DNA from: Haliea sp.
Lineage (GTDB): Bacteria; Pseudomonadota; Gammaproteobacteria; Pseudomonadales; Halieaceae
Reading direction: 5' to 3'
Assembly (NCBI GenBank): GCA_031409615.1
Contig: JANNXP010000141.1
Span: forward strand, 25-64,024
DNA: 64,000 nt
Shown piece by piece: positions 16,319-25,855 of this stretch. Within the stretch, counting starts at the first letter, position 1. The number at the start of each line of letters is the position of its first letter. The notes beneath the pieces were generated by a model. The model worked only from the letters and a program-made list of their open reading frames with translations. It did no database searches and was not told the DNA's origin. A program made the position numbers and the translations under genes.

Positions 16319-17778
16319 GAAGCAATCGCTATGGTTTTGGTTTCCAGGTATTCCTCAAAACCCTCACGGCCCATCTCGCGGCCGACACCGCTCTGCTTGT
16401 AGCCACCAAACGGCGCATCTGCCCCGTAGAAATTCCCACCGTTGACATTGACGGTGCCAGCACGGATGCGGCGCGCCACACCCAGCGCGCGCTCTTCACT
16501 CGCGGACCACACGCCTGCCGAGAGCCCATAGTCAGAATCGTTGGCGATGCGCACTGCCTCGTTCTCATCATCGTAGGCAATCACGGCCAGCACCGGACCA
16601 AAAATCTCTTCACGGGCAATGGTCATGTCATTGGTCACATCCATGAATACCGTAGGCTCCACATAATAGCCCTTGTCCAACTGCGCGGGCCTGCCGCCAC
16701 CGAGTAACAGGCGGGCGCCCTGTGCTTTCCCTTTCTCGATATAAGCGAGCACCCGGTCGCGCTGGCGTGCATTCACCAGTGAACCCATGATCTGGCTGTC
16801 AGACGTGGGATCACCGTATTTGATAAAGCCGAAATAGGTCGGCAGCAGTGCTTCCACCTCCGCCTGACGCGACCGTGGAATCAGTAACCGTGTATGTATC
16901 GCGCAACCCTGTCCCGCGTGAAAACACACGGCAAGACAACTGAGCAGGCTCGTGCCCAGATCCGCGTCGTCGAGGATAACATTGGCGGATTTCCCGCCCA
17001 GCTCCAGAAACACTTTCTTAACCGTCTGCGCGGCGCGCGCCATGATGTGCTTGCCGACGGCGGTGGAACCTGTGAAGGACACCATATCTACCCGCGGATC
17101 ACCCACCAGTTGGTCTCCCACTACCTTGGGATCTTCCGATGTAATCACGTTGAATACACCGGCAGGAATATCGGTGTACTCCTTTACCACCCGGCCCAAC
17201 ATCGTCGCCGACCACGGCGTATCAGGCGCGGCTTTCAGTATCACCGTGCAGCCTGCAGCTAGCGCAGGCACACATTTGGCAAGATTGATCTGCAGCGGCA
17301 CGTTCCAGGGGGTGATACAGGCCACCACGCCGATGGCCTCTTTCTCCACCAGGCGCCGACTCTTGCCGCCCATCATTTCAGAAATCCCAATATCGCGGCT
17401 CCACTCGTAACCGGGAAGCGTTTGCAGCGTGTAGTCGATAAATCCTATGGGCAATTCACACTGCGGGCCCATCGCTCCGCAAATGCCCAGCGGTGCACCG
17501 GTTTCTGCCGCAATCTGCAGCTTGAAGTCTGCCTCTACTGCGCGTAGCCCCTGCTGCAACTGTTGCAGACACTTGAGGCGAAAGGCGTGGTTGGTAGACC
17601 AGTCTGTCTCATCAAAGGCGCAGCGGGCGGCGGCAATGGCCCGCTCCATATCCTCGATACCGGCATCTGCCACCTGCCCCATCACTACTTCCGTGGCGGG
17701 ATTGATATTGGCGTAGGTTTTACCGGAGGCAGCGGCGCACAACTCACCGTTTATAAACAGTCTGGATTCGGGATTCAT
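16315..17778 (-). CDS. Aldehyde dehydrogenase
   Basis: PWN, FTGS, LELGGK, GQGC, EEIFGP. Confidence 0.95.
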   Translation of the reverse strand: MNPESRLFINGELCAAASGKTYANINPATEVVMGQVADAGIEDMERAIAAARCAFDETDWSTNHAFRLKCLQQLQQGLRAVEADFKLQIAAETGAPLGICGAMGPQCELPIGFIDYTLQTLPGYEWSRDIGISEMMGGKSRRLVEKEAIGVVACITPWNVPLQINLAKCVPALAAGCTVILKAAPDTPWSATMLGRVVKEYTDIPAGVFNVITSEDPKVVGDQLVGDPRVDMVSFTGSTAVGKHIMARAAQTVKKVFLELGGKSANVILDDADLGTSLLSCLAVCFHAGQGCAIHTRLLIPRSRQAEVEALLPTYFGFIKYGDPTSDSQIMGSLVNARQRDRVLAYIEKGKAQGARLLLGGGRPAQLDKGYYVEPTVFMDVTNDMTIAREEIFGPVLAVIAYDDENEAVRIANDSDYGLSAGVWSASEERALGVARRIRAGTVNVNGGNFYGADAPFGGYKQSGVGREMGREGFEEYLETKTIAIAS

Positions 17779-17792
17779 ACAGTTCGCTCCTG

Positions 17793-18668
17793 TTACGCGG
17801 GGGGCCGGGATTCATCTTTCGCGAGGAAAACATCCACGATACGGTCACGTATAAATTCGGCGGTGGGCATAACCACACCCTTGGCTGCGGCGGTACTAAT
17901 GGCACACTCCAGATCCTTGCGCCCCAAGCGGCCCATGGCACCAAAATACGGGTCCATCTGTTCCTCCGTGGACGTTTTTGCCACGGCATTGCGACCGCTG
18001 GCGAACATAGCCATTTGCTCATTCACCACACCATTGGACAGACCAACTGCACGCAATACATCCACCGATAAACCACACGCTTCGGCCAGGCGGGTCGCCT
18101 CCACCATCGCCACAAATTCGGTGTACTGAATAAAATTGTTGCACAACTTGAGCGCGATGCCGGAGCCAATGGGCCCGGCGTGCACGATTTTTTCCGCAGA
18201 AGTGGTGAACACCGGAGCAGCCATCTCGAGTTGTTCGGTACTGCCACCAACCATATAGCACAGGGTACCGTCTGCCGCCCGATGCGCTCCGCCAGTGATA
18301 GGCGCATCAATCAGGTTGAGGCCAACGGCAGAGGCCTGCTGCGCCCAGCGCAACAGATTGCTCTGCGTAACGGTGCTGTGGATTGCCACGAGCGCGCCCG
18401 GCGTTGCATGCGCGAAGATTCCCTGCTCGCCATTCAGCAACTCCTCTACCTGAGCGTCGTCACGCACACAGATGCCAATATGTGAGCAGGCTTGGGCCAG
18501 TTCAGCAATCGAGGCACAGGCGATAGCACCAGCCGCCACCAATTCTTCCACGGCCGGCGCATAGACATCGTAGACATGCGCGTTAAAGGAATCGCCAATC
18601 AGGCGGTGCGCCGAAGGCTTGCCGATATTCCCCAGCCCAATGTATCCGACATTGATTTTCCCACTCAT
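17793..18668 (-). CDS. 3-hydroxyisobutyrate/6-phosphogluconate dehydrogenase family oxidoreductase
   Basis: GYIGLGNIG, DAPITGG, KLCNN. Confidence 0.88.
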   Translation of the reverse strand: MSGKINVGYIGLGNIGKPSAHRLIGDSFNAHVYDVYAPAVEELVAAGAIACASIAELAQACSHIGICVRDDAQVEELLNGEQGIFAHATPGALVAIHSTVTQSNLLRWAQQASAVGLNLIDAPITGGAHRAADGTLCYMVGGSTEQLEMAAPVFTTSAEKIVHAGPIGSGIALKLCNNFIQYTEFVAMVEATRLAEACGLSVDVLRAVGLSNGVVNEQMAMFASGRNAVAKTSTEEQMDPYFGAMGRLGRKDLECAISTAAAKGVVMPTAEFIRDRIVDVFLAKDESRPPA

Positions 18669-18759
18669 GCGGTCTCCCCATTATTGTTCTGGTGGCATAG
18701 CAGGCCATCACTGACAGCGCCGCAGTGTAGCCGCACAAACACTATTCTGTCAATATAAA

Positions 18760-19854
18760 TTGACTAACAGTCAATTAGGGTTTACTATTTTTCCCATGAG
18801 CCAAGTCAGATCGTTTAGAACAGGACCAGAGCTGGTCTGGAACAGGTATCGGGACAATTCCTCTCGCCACCTGCTAGGCGTTGCCCACTATCTGCAGACC
18901 AGCATGATGAACACGCTGCAGGTGCAGTGTGGACACAATGATCTGCGCTTGGGATTCACACCGTATATCACACTGATAGGCGAGCACGGCCGACGTCTGG
19001 CTGACATCGCCGCCGTGCTGGGCATTTCCCGCCAGGCCTGCAACCAGGCGTCCAAAGCGATAGAGGCTGCAGGCTATATCGCTCGCACCGCTGACCCGCT
19101 GGACGGTCGTGCCAAGAATCTCTCCCTGACGCCCCAGGGCATAAAGCTACGACGCGATGGCATCCGCATCGTGGCCAGGCTCGACCAGGAATTCAGCCGT
19201 ATAGCAGGCGATGAGGCTATTGCTGACGCCAGCGTGTCCTTGGGCAGAATCTATCACCGCCTTGGCCTGGGGCCGAATCAACAGCGCGTCTCGCCGCCAC
19301 CCAACGTCGGAATGGGCGCTCTGTTACCCGCTTTGGCAGACTACACCCTGCAGCGTTTGATGGCATTGACCCGCGCTAAAGGACACCCGGGGCTACAGCT
19401 GCGTTTCGGCCAGGTACTGACGCTAATCGGGCCGTCAGGTGGACGCATCCAACAGATTGCGGCAATCCACGACATAAGCAAACAGGCCATTAGCGCAATC
19501 ACTACGGAACTGGAAGGGCTGGGCTATCTGCAGCGTCAGGCACAACCGCAGGATGCGCGCCAGATCGTGCTGCATTTTACTGCTCTGGGCGAGACACTCA
19601 TCGCCGACTCGGTGGCCAGCGTTGAAGAACTGGAACGGGAATTCGCTGCCATTGTTGGCAGGGCCGCGCTCAAACGTATGAATACCACGCTGCATGATCT
19701 GTATCGCGGTCTGCGGCTGGAACAGGACATTTTTGAAAAAAACAGCACAGCGGACATCAGTCTCCTGGCCCTGCAACTACAGCAACAACTGGACGATCAC
19801 GACTGCCAGGCACTGGCCAGGCTATTGTTGATCCCGTCCGGGAACAAGAGGTAA
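18760..19854 (+). CDS. Tandem double-MarR transcriptional regulator
   Basis: Two wHTH repeats (ISRQA...DPLDGRAK; ISKQA...QDARQ); start may lie slightly downstream. Confidence 0.8.
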   Translation: MTNSQLGFTIFPMSQVRSFRTGPELVWNRYRDNSSRHLLGVAHYLQTSMMNTLQVQCGHNDLRLGFTPYITLIGEHGRRLADIAAVLGISRQACNQASKAIEAAGYIARTADPLDGRAKNLSLTPQGIKLRRDGIRIVARLDQEFSRIAGDEAIADASVSLGRIYHRLGLGPNQQRVSPPPNVGMGALLPALADYTLQRLMALTRAKGHPGLQLRFGQVLTLIGPSGGRIQQIAAIHDISKQAISAITTELEGLGYLQRQAQPQDARQIVLHFTALGETLIADSVASVEELEREFAAIVGRAALKRMNTTLHDLYRGLRLEQDIFEKNSTADISLLALQLQQQLDDHDCQALARLLLIPSGNKR

Positions 19855-20589
19855 ATGATGATGAACAACGAGTGGCTGTCTTATCTGTGGCAACACTACC
19901 ACATAGGGTATTCATTGATGGCCCTGGCAGCGATTGCTGTGATTACAATCGTGGGTAAGCGCCTGTTGTTTCTGGTGCCGGCCCTGGCGAAAACGCGCGC
20001 GCTCAATAAAGCGAAGGATAAGGAGAGATGGGTTCAGGAAAAGTATCCGCCCATCGTACGCGCCACGCATCGGGTCGGCATGTACTGCAATATCGTGTTC
20101 TTCCTGGTGCTGCTGCCGTTTTGCATTACGGTTGCTGCGCAGCCGTGGTGGAAAGTCTTACTGGATACGTTCATCATCCTGATGTTTTACGACTTCTTGT
20201 ACTATTTATCGCACCGCTTCTGGTTTCATGGGCAGGGGGCCATGCGCAAGATCCACGCCGTGCACCACCAGGCGCGCAATCCCAGCTACCTGGACGCCCA
20301 CTATGTGCACCCGTTCGAGACGTTCGTCGGGCTGGCACTCTACATCGGCTCGATTGTCCTGTTGGCAGCACTGATGGGGCCGTTTCATATCGCCACCATC
20401 GTTTTGACCTTTCTGATCTTCTCGCAAATCAACCAGATCAATCACATCTTCTTTGACTTACCGCACTACCCTTACAAGACCGTGAACTGGATCGTGGCAA
20501 AGCATCACGTGCATCACGAGAATATGCACAAGGGCAACTACGCCACCATTACACTCTTTTACGACAAAATTTTCGGCACACTCGATTAG
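19855..20589 (+). CDS. Sterol desaturase/fatty-acid hydroxylase family protein
   Basis: His boxes HRFWFH, HAVHH, HHVHH; TM segments. Confidence 0.88.
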   Translation: MMMNNEWLSYLWQHYHIGYSLMALAAIAVITIVGKRLLFLVPALAKTRALNKAKDKERWVQEKYPPIVRATHRVGMYCNIVFFLVLLPFCITVAAQPWWKVLLDTFIILMFYDFLYYLSHRFWFHGQGAMRKIHAVHHQARNPSYLDAHYVHPFETFVGLALYIGSIVLLAALMGPFHIATIVLTFLIFSQINQINHIFFDLPHYPYKTVNWIVAKHHVHHENMHKGNYATITLFYDKIFGTLD

Positions 20590-20609
20590 ACCGATTAGAC
20601 CGATTAGAC
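20583..20609 (+). repeat. 9-bp tandem repeat (CGATTAGAC)x3
   Basis: Seen directly; contains the desaturase TAG stop. Confidence 0.9.
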
Positions 20610-20625
20610 CGACTGGAGAGCACGT

Positions 20626-21012
20626 ATGAACACTAAGGAACGCCGCGCGCTGGGCGAGAAAACCATCAAGGATGTGTACGCCGGGGATGTGGTAGTGCCG
20701 CCTGAGGGCTATGCGTTCACTGACATCATGCTCACGCAATTGTTCGCGGAGCTGTGGACGCGCGAGACGCTGTCCATGCGCGACAAACGTATCTTATTAC
20801 TGGGGATTATCGCCGAGAAGGGCGAGGCCATGACGTTCAAAATCCAGATCAAGGCATCGCTGAAGCGCGGTGAGATCAATGCGGCAGAAGCCCGCGAGTT
20901 CCTGCTGTTTATCGCGCAGTATTCCGGTTACCCCCGCGCGGCCGCCATGTTGGGCCCGGTGGAACAGGCCATTGCGGAGTTTGAAAAAGAACAGGCAGCT
21001 GCCGCCGATTGA
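20626..21012 (+). CDS. Carboxymuconolactone decarboxylase family protein
   Basis: FAELWTRETLSMRDKRI...QYSGYPRA. Confidence 0.82.
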   Translation: MNTKERRALGEKTIKDVYAGDVVVPPEGYAFTDIMLTQLFAELWTRETLSMRDKRILLLGIIAEKGEAMTFKIQIKASLKRGEINAAEAREFLLFIAQYSGYPRAAAMLGPVEQAIAEFEKEQAAAAD

Positions 21013-21015
21013 TAC

Positions 21016-21049
21016 AAAAACGCCCCCGGAGGGAATCCTCCGGGGGCGT
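21016..21049 (-). terminator. Rho-independent terminator between convergent genes
   Basis: 13-bp stem ACGCCCCCGGAGG/CCTCCGGGGGCGT; T-run on minus strand. Confidence 0.85.
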
Positions 21050-21066
21050 GAGCGTTGCACTAACGA

Positions 21067-22335
21067 TCAGGCGGCTTCTTCGGCCGTGGTCACTTCCGGG
21101 TCAAAGGTAATGTACATGCGCTTGATGCCGTTCACCAGGTTGGAACGGGTGTAGGCGATATCACCGACCAGTTTGGGGTTGCGGATGCGGGGAATGATTT
21201 CTTCGAACATCACGCGCATTTCCAGTCGCGCAAGGTGCGTACCCAAACAGAAATGCTGACCAACCCCGAACGCGCGATGCTCGTTGTACAAGTTAGGCAT
21301 GCGCTCGGCGCGACGCACATCGAACTGCATCGCGTCTGCACCGAAAATAGTCTCGTCGTGGTTCACCGTGTGGTAGTGCATGATAACCTTGTCGCCTTTC
21401 TTGATCAGGTGCCCGCCGACTTCAGTGTCTTCCAGGCACTGGCGACGCATCAGCGTAAAGGCCGTGTTGTAGCGCAGCATTTCTTCACAGGCACCCGGTA
21501 TCTTGTCAGGGTTATCTATCAGGTACTGCAACTGCTCGGGATTTTCCATCAATAAGCGCATACCCTGGGTGGTAACCGTACGGGTAGACTCGTTACCCGC
21601 AGCGATCAACATCAGAAAAAACCACACGAACTCGGCATCATTCAAACCTTCATCCTTGCCGTTACCCTGGAGCAGGGCACCGATGATGTCTTTCTTTGGA
21701 TTGGTCTTGTGTTGCTCCATCAATTTCATGGCGTATTCAATCACTTTGAAGGAGGCAGCTTCCGCCTCCTCCTGGCCTGCAGACATCTCCGGATCCTGGT
21801 TGAACATCATCTTGTTGGTCCACTCGAAAAAATCCTTACGGTCTTCGGGTGGGATCCCGCACAACTCCAGAATCGCCAGCAGCGGCAGCTCCGCCGCCAC
21901 TTCCTCCACAAACTCACACTCGCCGCGACCGGCAACCCGGTCCACAATATTGCGGGCATGCTGGCGGAAACTGGCCTCATAGGAGTTCACGGCGCTGGGC
22001 GTAAAGGTCGCCCGGACAATTTTGCGAGATTTCATCTGCCCCGGCGGGTCCTGGTTGATGGTCATATTGCGGTGGATCAGGACCATGTCATCTTCGGAAT
22101 ACTCTTCCGCAAGGGCCGAGCGCGCCTCACTGGAAAACAGCTTCGGATTCTTGGAGACGAAATCGATCTCATCGCGCCCCGTTACCAACCAATAGGGGAC
22201 GCCCATGTAGGACCCGTCCATGTAGTGCACCGGGCCAGAGGCACGTATCGCCGCGAGCGTCTCGTAAGGCATGCCGTTAACGTAGGTTTCCGGGTCAATC
22301 AGGTTGGGGAAATTGGCAAAAGGGCACTGACTCAT
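21067..22335 (-). CDS. Cytochrome P450, CYP125/CYP142-like
   Basis: DPP, AGNEST, EEMLR, FGVGQHFCLG. Confidence 0.88.
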   Translation of the reverse strand: MSQCPFANFPNLIDPETYVNGMPYETLAAIRASGPVHYMDGSYMGVPYWLVTGRDEIDFVSKNPKLFSSEARSALAEEYSEDDMVLIHRNMTINQDPPGQMKSRKIVRATFTPSAVNSYEASFRQHARNIVDRVAGRGECEFVEEVAAELPLLAILELCGIPPEDRKDFFEWTNKMMFNQDPEMSAGQEEAEAASFKVIEYAMKLMEQHKTNPKKDIIGALLQGNGKDEGLNDAEFVWFFLMLIAAGNESTRTVTTQGMRLLMENPEQLQYLIDNPDKIPGACEEMLRYNTAFTLMRRQCLEDTEVGGHLIKKGDKVIMHYHTVNHDETIFGADAMQFDVRRAERMPNLYNEHRAFGVGQHFCLGTHLARLEMRVMFEEIIPRIRNPKLVGDIAYTRSNLVNGIKRMYITFDPEVTTAEEAA

Positions 22336-22514
22336 TGATATCCACTCCAGGGTAGCTGCTCGATCTTGAACCTAGAGGCTACTAGGCGTTAGTTAACTTG
22401 TCAATTGGCAATAGTTTGCCGAGCACAGCCTCCGACTAGCCCCTTCGAGTGCCGGTTTGCCTGTCTTGCGCCTGTCGGGCTTTCCTGCATCTGGCAGGGA
22501 ACCGGCGACAGCCG

Positions 22515-24122
22515 TTACCGCTGCGCCTTGAATCCCGCAGCGCGGGCATCCCAGGTCGTCGGCGTAACGCCCCGCTCGCGCAGGCGAAACTTCTGCACCT
22601 TGTTGGTGGGTGTATACGGCAGGGAGTCAACGAATTGAATGTAGCGCGGCACGAAAAAATAGGGGGCATTGTCGTTGATGAACTGGGCCAGCTCTAAAGC
22701 CTGTAACGCCTGACCTGGCTTGACGATGACGTCCAGCATCACTTCCTGCTCCGACTCCAGTTCTTCACTGGGCACACCAAACGCTGCGCAATCAGCGATA
22801 GCAGGGTGCCTGCGCGCGGCAAGTTCGACTTCGAAGGTGGAGATATTCCGACCCTTATAGCGCACCGCGTCCTTCTTGCGATCGGAGAAAAAGTAGTACC
22901 CCTGCGCATCGCATTTGAGCATATCGCCGGTCTTGTACCACTCCCCTGCATAGGCCGCCGCCGTCGCCTCGGGATTGTCAAAATAGCCGTTAAAGATGAA
23001 ATGCGGCCAGTGGGGCTTTACCCACAGTTCGCCCGCCTCGCCCAGCGGTACGTCCTGTCCATCGTCCCCCACCAGCCTGGCCTCCAGGCCCGGCACCACA
23101 CTGCCGCAACTACCCGGGGGTTGCGTACGACCGCTAACAGGGGCCACAAGACGCATGGCCTCGCTCTGGCCCAGACCTTGCGGCAAGAGTTCCAGACCAA
23201 AACGTTTACAGAAGGGTTCCGCCACCGCCGGCGGCATGGGCACGGCCATCAATTTGCGCAGGCTGTGGTTGGCGTCATCCTCTCTCGCCGGGGCATCCCA
23301 CAGGAACATGTGCATCGCTCCCAGGGTGAAGCACTGCGTTGCTTTGTAGTAATCCACGCGCTCCCAAAATGTCCTGACCGAGAAGCTGGGATCAATCGCC
23401 AGGGGCACCCCGGCAAACAGGGCGCGAAAAATTGCCGTGACCCACACCGCTGTGTTGTACATGGGCAGGACGGTAAAAATCACGTCTCCCGCAGCGATGC
23501 CGTACTGACCTTCTTCATTATTGGCGTACGAGGCATTGAACCAGACGTTGTGGCTCTGCATCACGCCCTTGGCCTTACCGGTGGTGCCAGAGGTCCACAA
23601 CACGGCGCAGGTATCGCCGCAGCTCAGGGCAGACATATCCGGCTCCCCTGCCCCGGCCACATACAACTCCTCGAGACTGAGTGCACCGGGCAGCGATTCA
23701 TGTCCACCGTGCATCACCAGCACGTCAACCGACACTGCACCAATGACCTCCTGCAACCGGTCCAGGTGCGCCGCATCACTGACCAGGATCGTAGGCCGGG
23801 TGCCGTTGATCGTATCGAGCAGCCATGCGCCCTTGTAATCGGTATTGATCGGCACCCACACCGCACCGAGCTTGTTCGTCGCCAATACCAGGAAAATCAC
23901 CTCGGGCGCGCTGCTCATATAGAAGGCGAGTCGCTCGCCGGCACGCAATCCGGCCCGGGCCAGGCCCGCTGCCAGTTCGTTGACGCGCTGATTGACCTCG
24001 GCAAAGGTATATACCGTCTCCCCGAACAACACATAGGGATGATCACCGTGCTGCTGCGCCTGCAGTTGTATGGCACGCCCCAGATGGCGCTCGCTCGCAT
24101 CAGACATTTGCAGAATATTCAT
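22515..24122 (-). CDS. Acyl-CoA ligase (CaiC-like AMP-binding enzyme)
   Basis: TSGTTGKAKG, YKTGD, DRKKD; start at ATG 24122. Confidence 0.9.
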   Translation of the reverse strand: MNILQMSDASERHLGRAIQLQAQQHGDHPYVLFGETVYTFAEVNQRVNELAAGLARAGLRAGERLAFYMSSAPEVIFLVLATNKLGAVWVPINTDYKGAWLLDTINGTRPTILVSDAAHLDRLQEVIGAVSVDVLVMHGGHESLPGALSLEELYVAGAGEPDMSALSCGDTCAVLWTSGTTGKAKGVMQSHNVWFNASYANNEEGQYGIAAGDVIFTVLPMYNTAVWVTAIFRALFAGVPLAIDPSFSVRTFWERVDYYKATQCFTLGAMHMFLWDAPAREDDANHSLRKLMAVPMPPAVAEPFCKRFGLELLPQGLGQSEAMRLVAPVSGRTQPPGSCGSVVPGLEARLVGDDGQDVPLGEAGELWVKPHWPHFIFNGYFDNPEATAAAYAGEWYKTGDMLKCDAQGYYFFSDRKKDAVRYKGRNISTFEVELAARRHPAIADCAAFGVPSEELESEQEVMLDVIVKPGQALQALELAQFINDNAPYFFVPRYIQFVDSLPYTPTNKVQKFRLRERGVTPTTWDARAAGFKAQR

Positions 24123-24183
24123 GGATGTACCGTGTTCCCAACAGCAGGTCAGTAGAAAGGAGGCTTTAGGCGTAATCGAGTCG

Positions 24184-25623
24184 CTAGCGCCGGACCAGCT
24201 CCAGGGTTTCCCGCAGGCCGTTCCGGTCAATCAGCATCATCGCACTGCCATACGCAACAGCGCCGAGCGCCACCAGCTGCAGCAAATATAACCAGTCACC
24301 GCTGGATCCATAAACGAAAAACTGCAGAAAATACACCGTGGCATACATTATTATCCCCGCCACCACGGGACGGATCATTTGCAGGAGATAGTCGACGATG
24401 TCGAGCCCAACCACCTTGCAAGTGCGCACCGCCGTAATGAAAAATACCAGCGGATACGTGCACAGCCAGGCATACGCAAGGCCAATCACGCCCCAGTGGG
24501 TACCGGCATAGAACGCCAGTGGCATCAGCATGGCCGCAACCAGAAAGTTGGTAGCGCTGGTGTCGGGGTGACCTACACCCCACAGCAGTGGTGGAAAAAT
24601 ATTGCTCAGTAGCCGAAAGGGCATGACCACGCCCAGCAGTTGTAACAGCGGCGCCGCGGGCAGCCATTTCTCGCCCAGTAGGGACGCAATAAGCGGCTCC
24701 GCTGTGCAGCTGATGCCGAAGAACACAGGAAACGCCGCGATGCCAAGAACGCGAGTCGCCTTGAGCAAATAACCCTGCACAGTGGCAGCACTGGCAGTAG
24801 CATGAGCGTGAGAAAACGCAGGAAACGCTACGGCATTCAGCAGCCCGCTGATCTTGTGAATGGGCAGCGACGCCAACTGGCTGGCGACAGCGTAGTAGCC
24901 CAACAGCTGATTGCCCAACACTTTCCCACCGATAAACTTGTCGGACTCACTGAACACGAACCACAAGCCTCTGTCTGTGGTGACAAAACCGCCGAACGAC
25001 AGGTGCTTGCGCATGCCGCGCAATGAAAAGCTCGGCCAGACCAGATTCCTGGTGATCAGGTTAAGGCCCAACATGCGCGTCGCGTTGGTGGCCAGAGTAC
25101 CCCAGATCAGCGCCCATACGCCCAGACCCAACAGAGCCAGCACCAGCGTGGTGAGACTGCCGATCACCAGCGTGGCGAAATCCACAACAGAGCGCTGGGC
25201 GAAATCAATCTCCCGCTCCAGCTTGGACTGCGGCAGGGTCTCAAAAATCAGCAGCAGAAACTGTACCGACAACACCTGCAGAATGGGTTTGAGTGACCGT
25301 TCGCCGTAAAACGTTGCGATAGTCTCGGCGCCGAGCAGTAACAGTGCGAAAAAAAACATGTTGACGACGATAACGACACCAAAAATCTGCCGCGTCATCT
25401 GCTCATCGAGAGTCTTGTCCTGTACCAGGACAGCATCCAGCCCGAGGGTATTGAGCAACACCAGCAGTGACACCACGACCATGGCCATGGCCATCAGGCC
25501 GTAGTCGCCCGGCGAGAGCAGGCGAATCACCATGATGGTAATTCCCCAGGACACCGCTTGCCCGGTAAATCGGGCTGCCGCACTCCAGCGCAAAGCAGAC
25601 ATGACCTTGCTGCGAATATCCAT
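24184..25623 (-). CDS. Wzx/PST polysaccharide flippase (WzxC-like)
   Basis: Multi-TM; IRLLSPGDYGL, LGYYAVA; start MDIRS at 25623. Confidence 0.85.
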   Translation of the reverse strand: MDIRSKVMSALRWSAAARFTGQAVSWGITIMVIRLLSPGDYGLMAMAMVVVSLLVLLNTLGLDAVLVQDKTLDEQMTRQIFGVVIVVNMFFFALLLLGAETIATFYGERSLKPILQVLSVQFLLLIFETLPQSKLEREIDFAQRSVVDFATLVIGSLTTLVLALLGLGVWALIWGTLATNATRMLGLNLITRNLVWPSFSLRGMRKHLSFGGFVTTDRGLWFVFSESDKFIGGKVLGNQLLGYYAVASQLASLPIHKISGLLNAVAFPAFSHAHATASAATVQGYLLKATRVLGIAAFPVFFGISCTAEPLIASLLGEKWLPAAPLLQLLGVVMPFRLLSNIFPPLLWGVGHPDTSATNFLVAAMLMPLAFYAGTHWGVIGLAYAWLCTYPLVFFITAVRTCKVVGLDIVDYLLQMIRPVVAGIIMYATVYFLQFFVYGSSGDWLYLLQLVALGAVAYGSAMMLIDRNGLRETLELVRR

Positions 25624-25855
25624 CCTCAATCTCTCGGGCGGTGTACGGTGTACGATGTACGTTGTGCCTTGACCTGAACCGGCCCGGTCCGGCCTGCTGC
25701 ACAGAGTAACCCAGTTTTTCCAGCGGCACTGACATTTGTCGCGCCGCAGTGCGAGCGGCGACGCCCCATACTGCCAACACCGCTGCAGGCGCCGTTGGTA
25801 AAATGACTGACATAGCCTAGACTGCAAGCATTCTATGCGAAAGGATCACACCACA

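Noticed and set aside
22806-24155. 449-aa antisense ORF (similar cases at 13831-14865 and 33501-34277)
   Set aside because: Shadow ORFs opposite well-supported genes in GC-rich DNA; no motifs.
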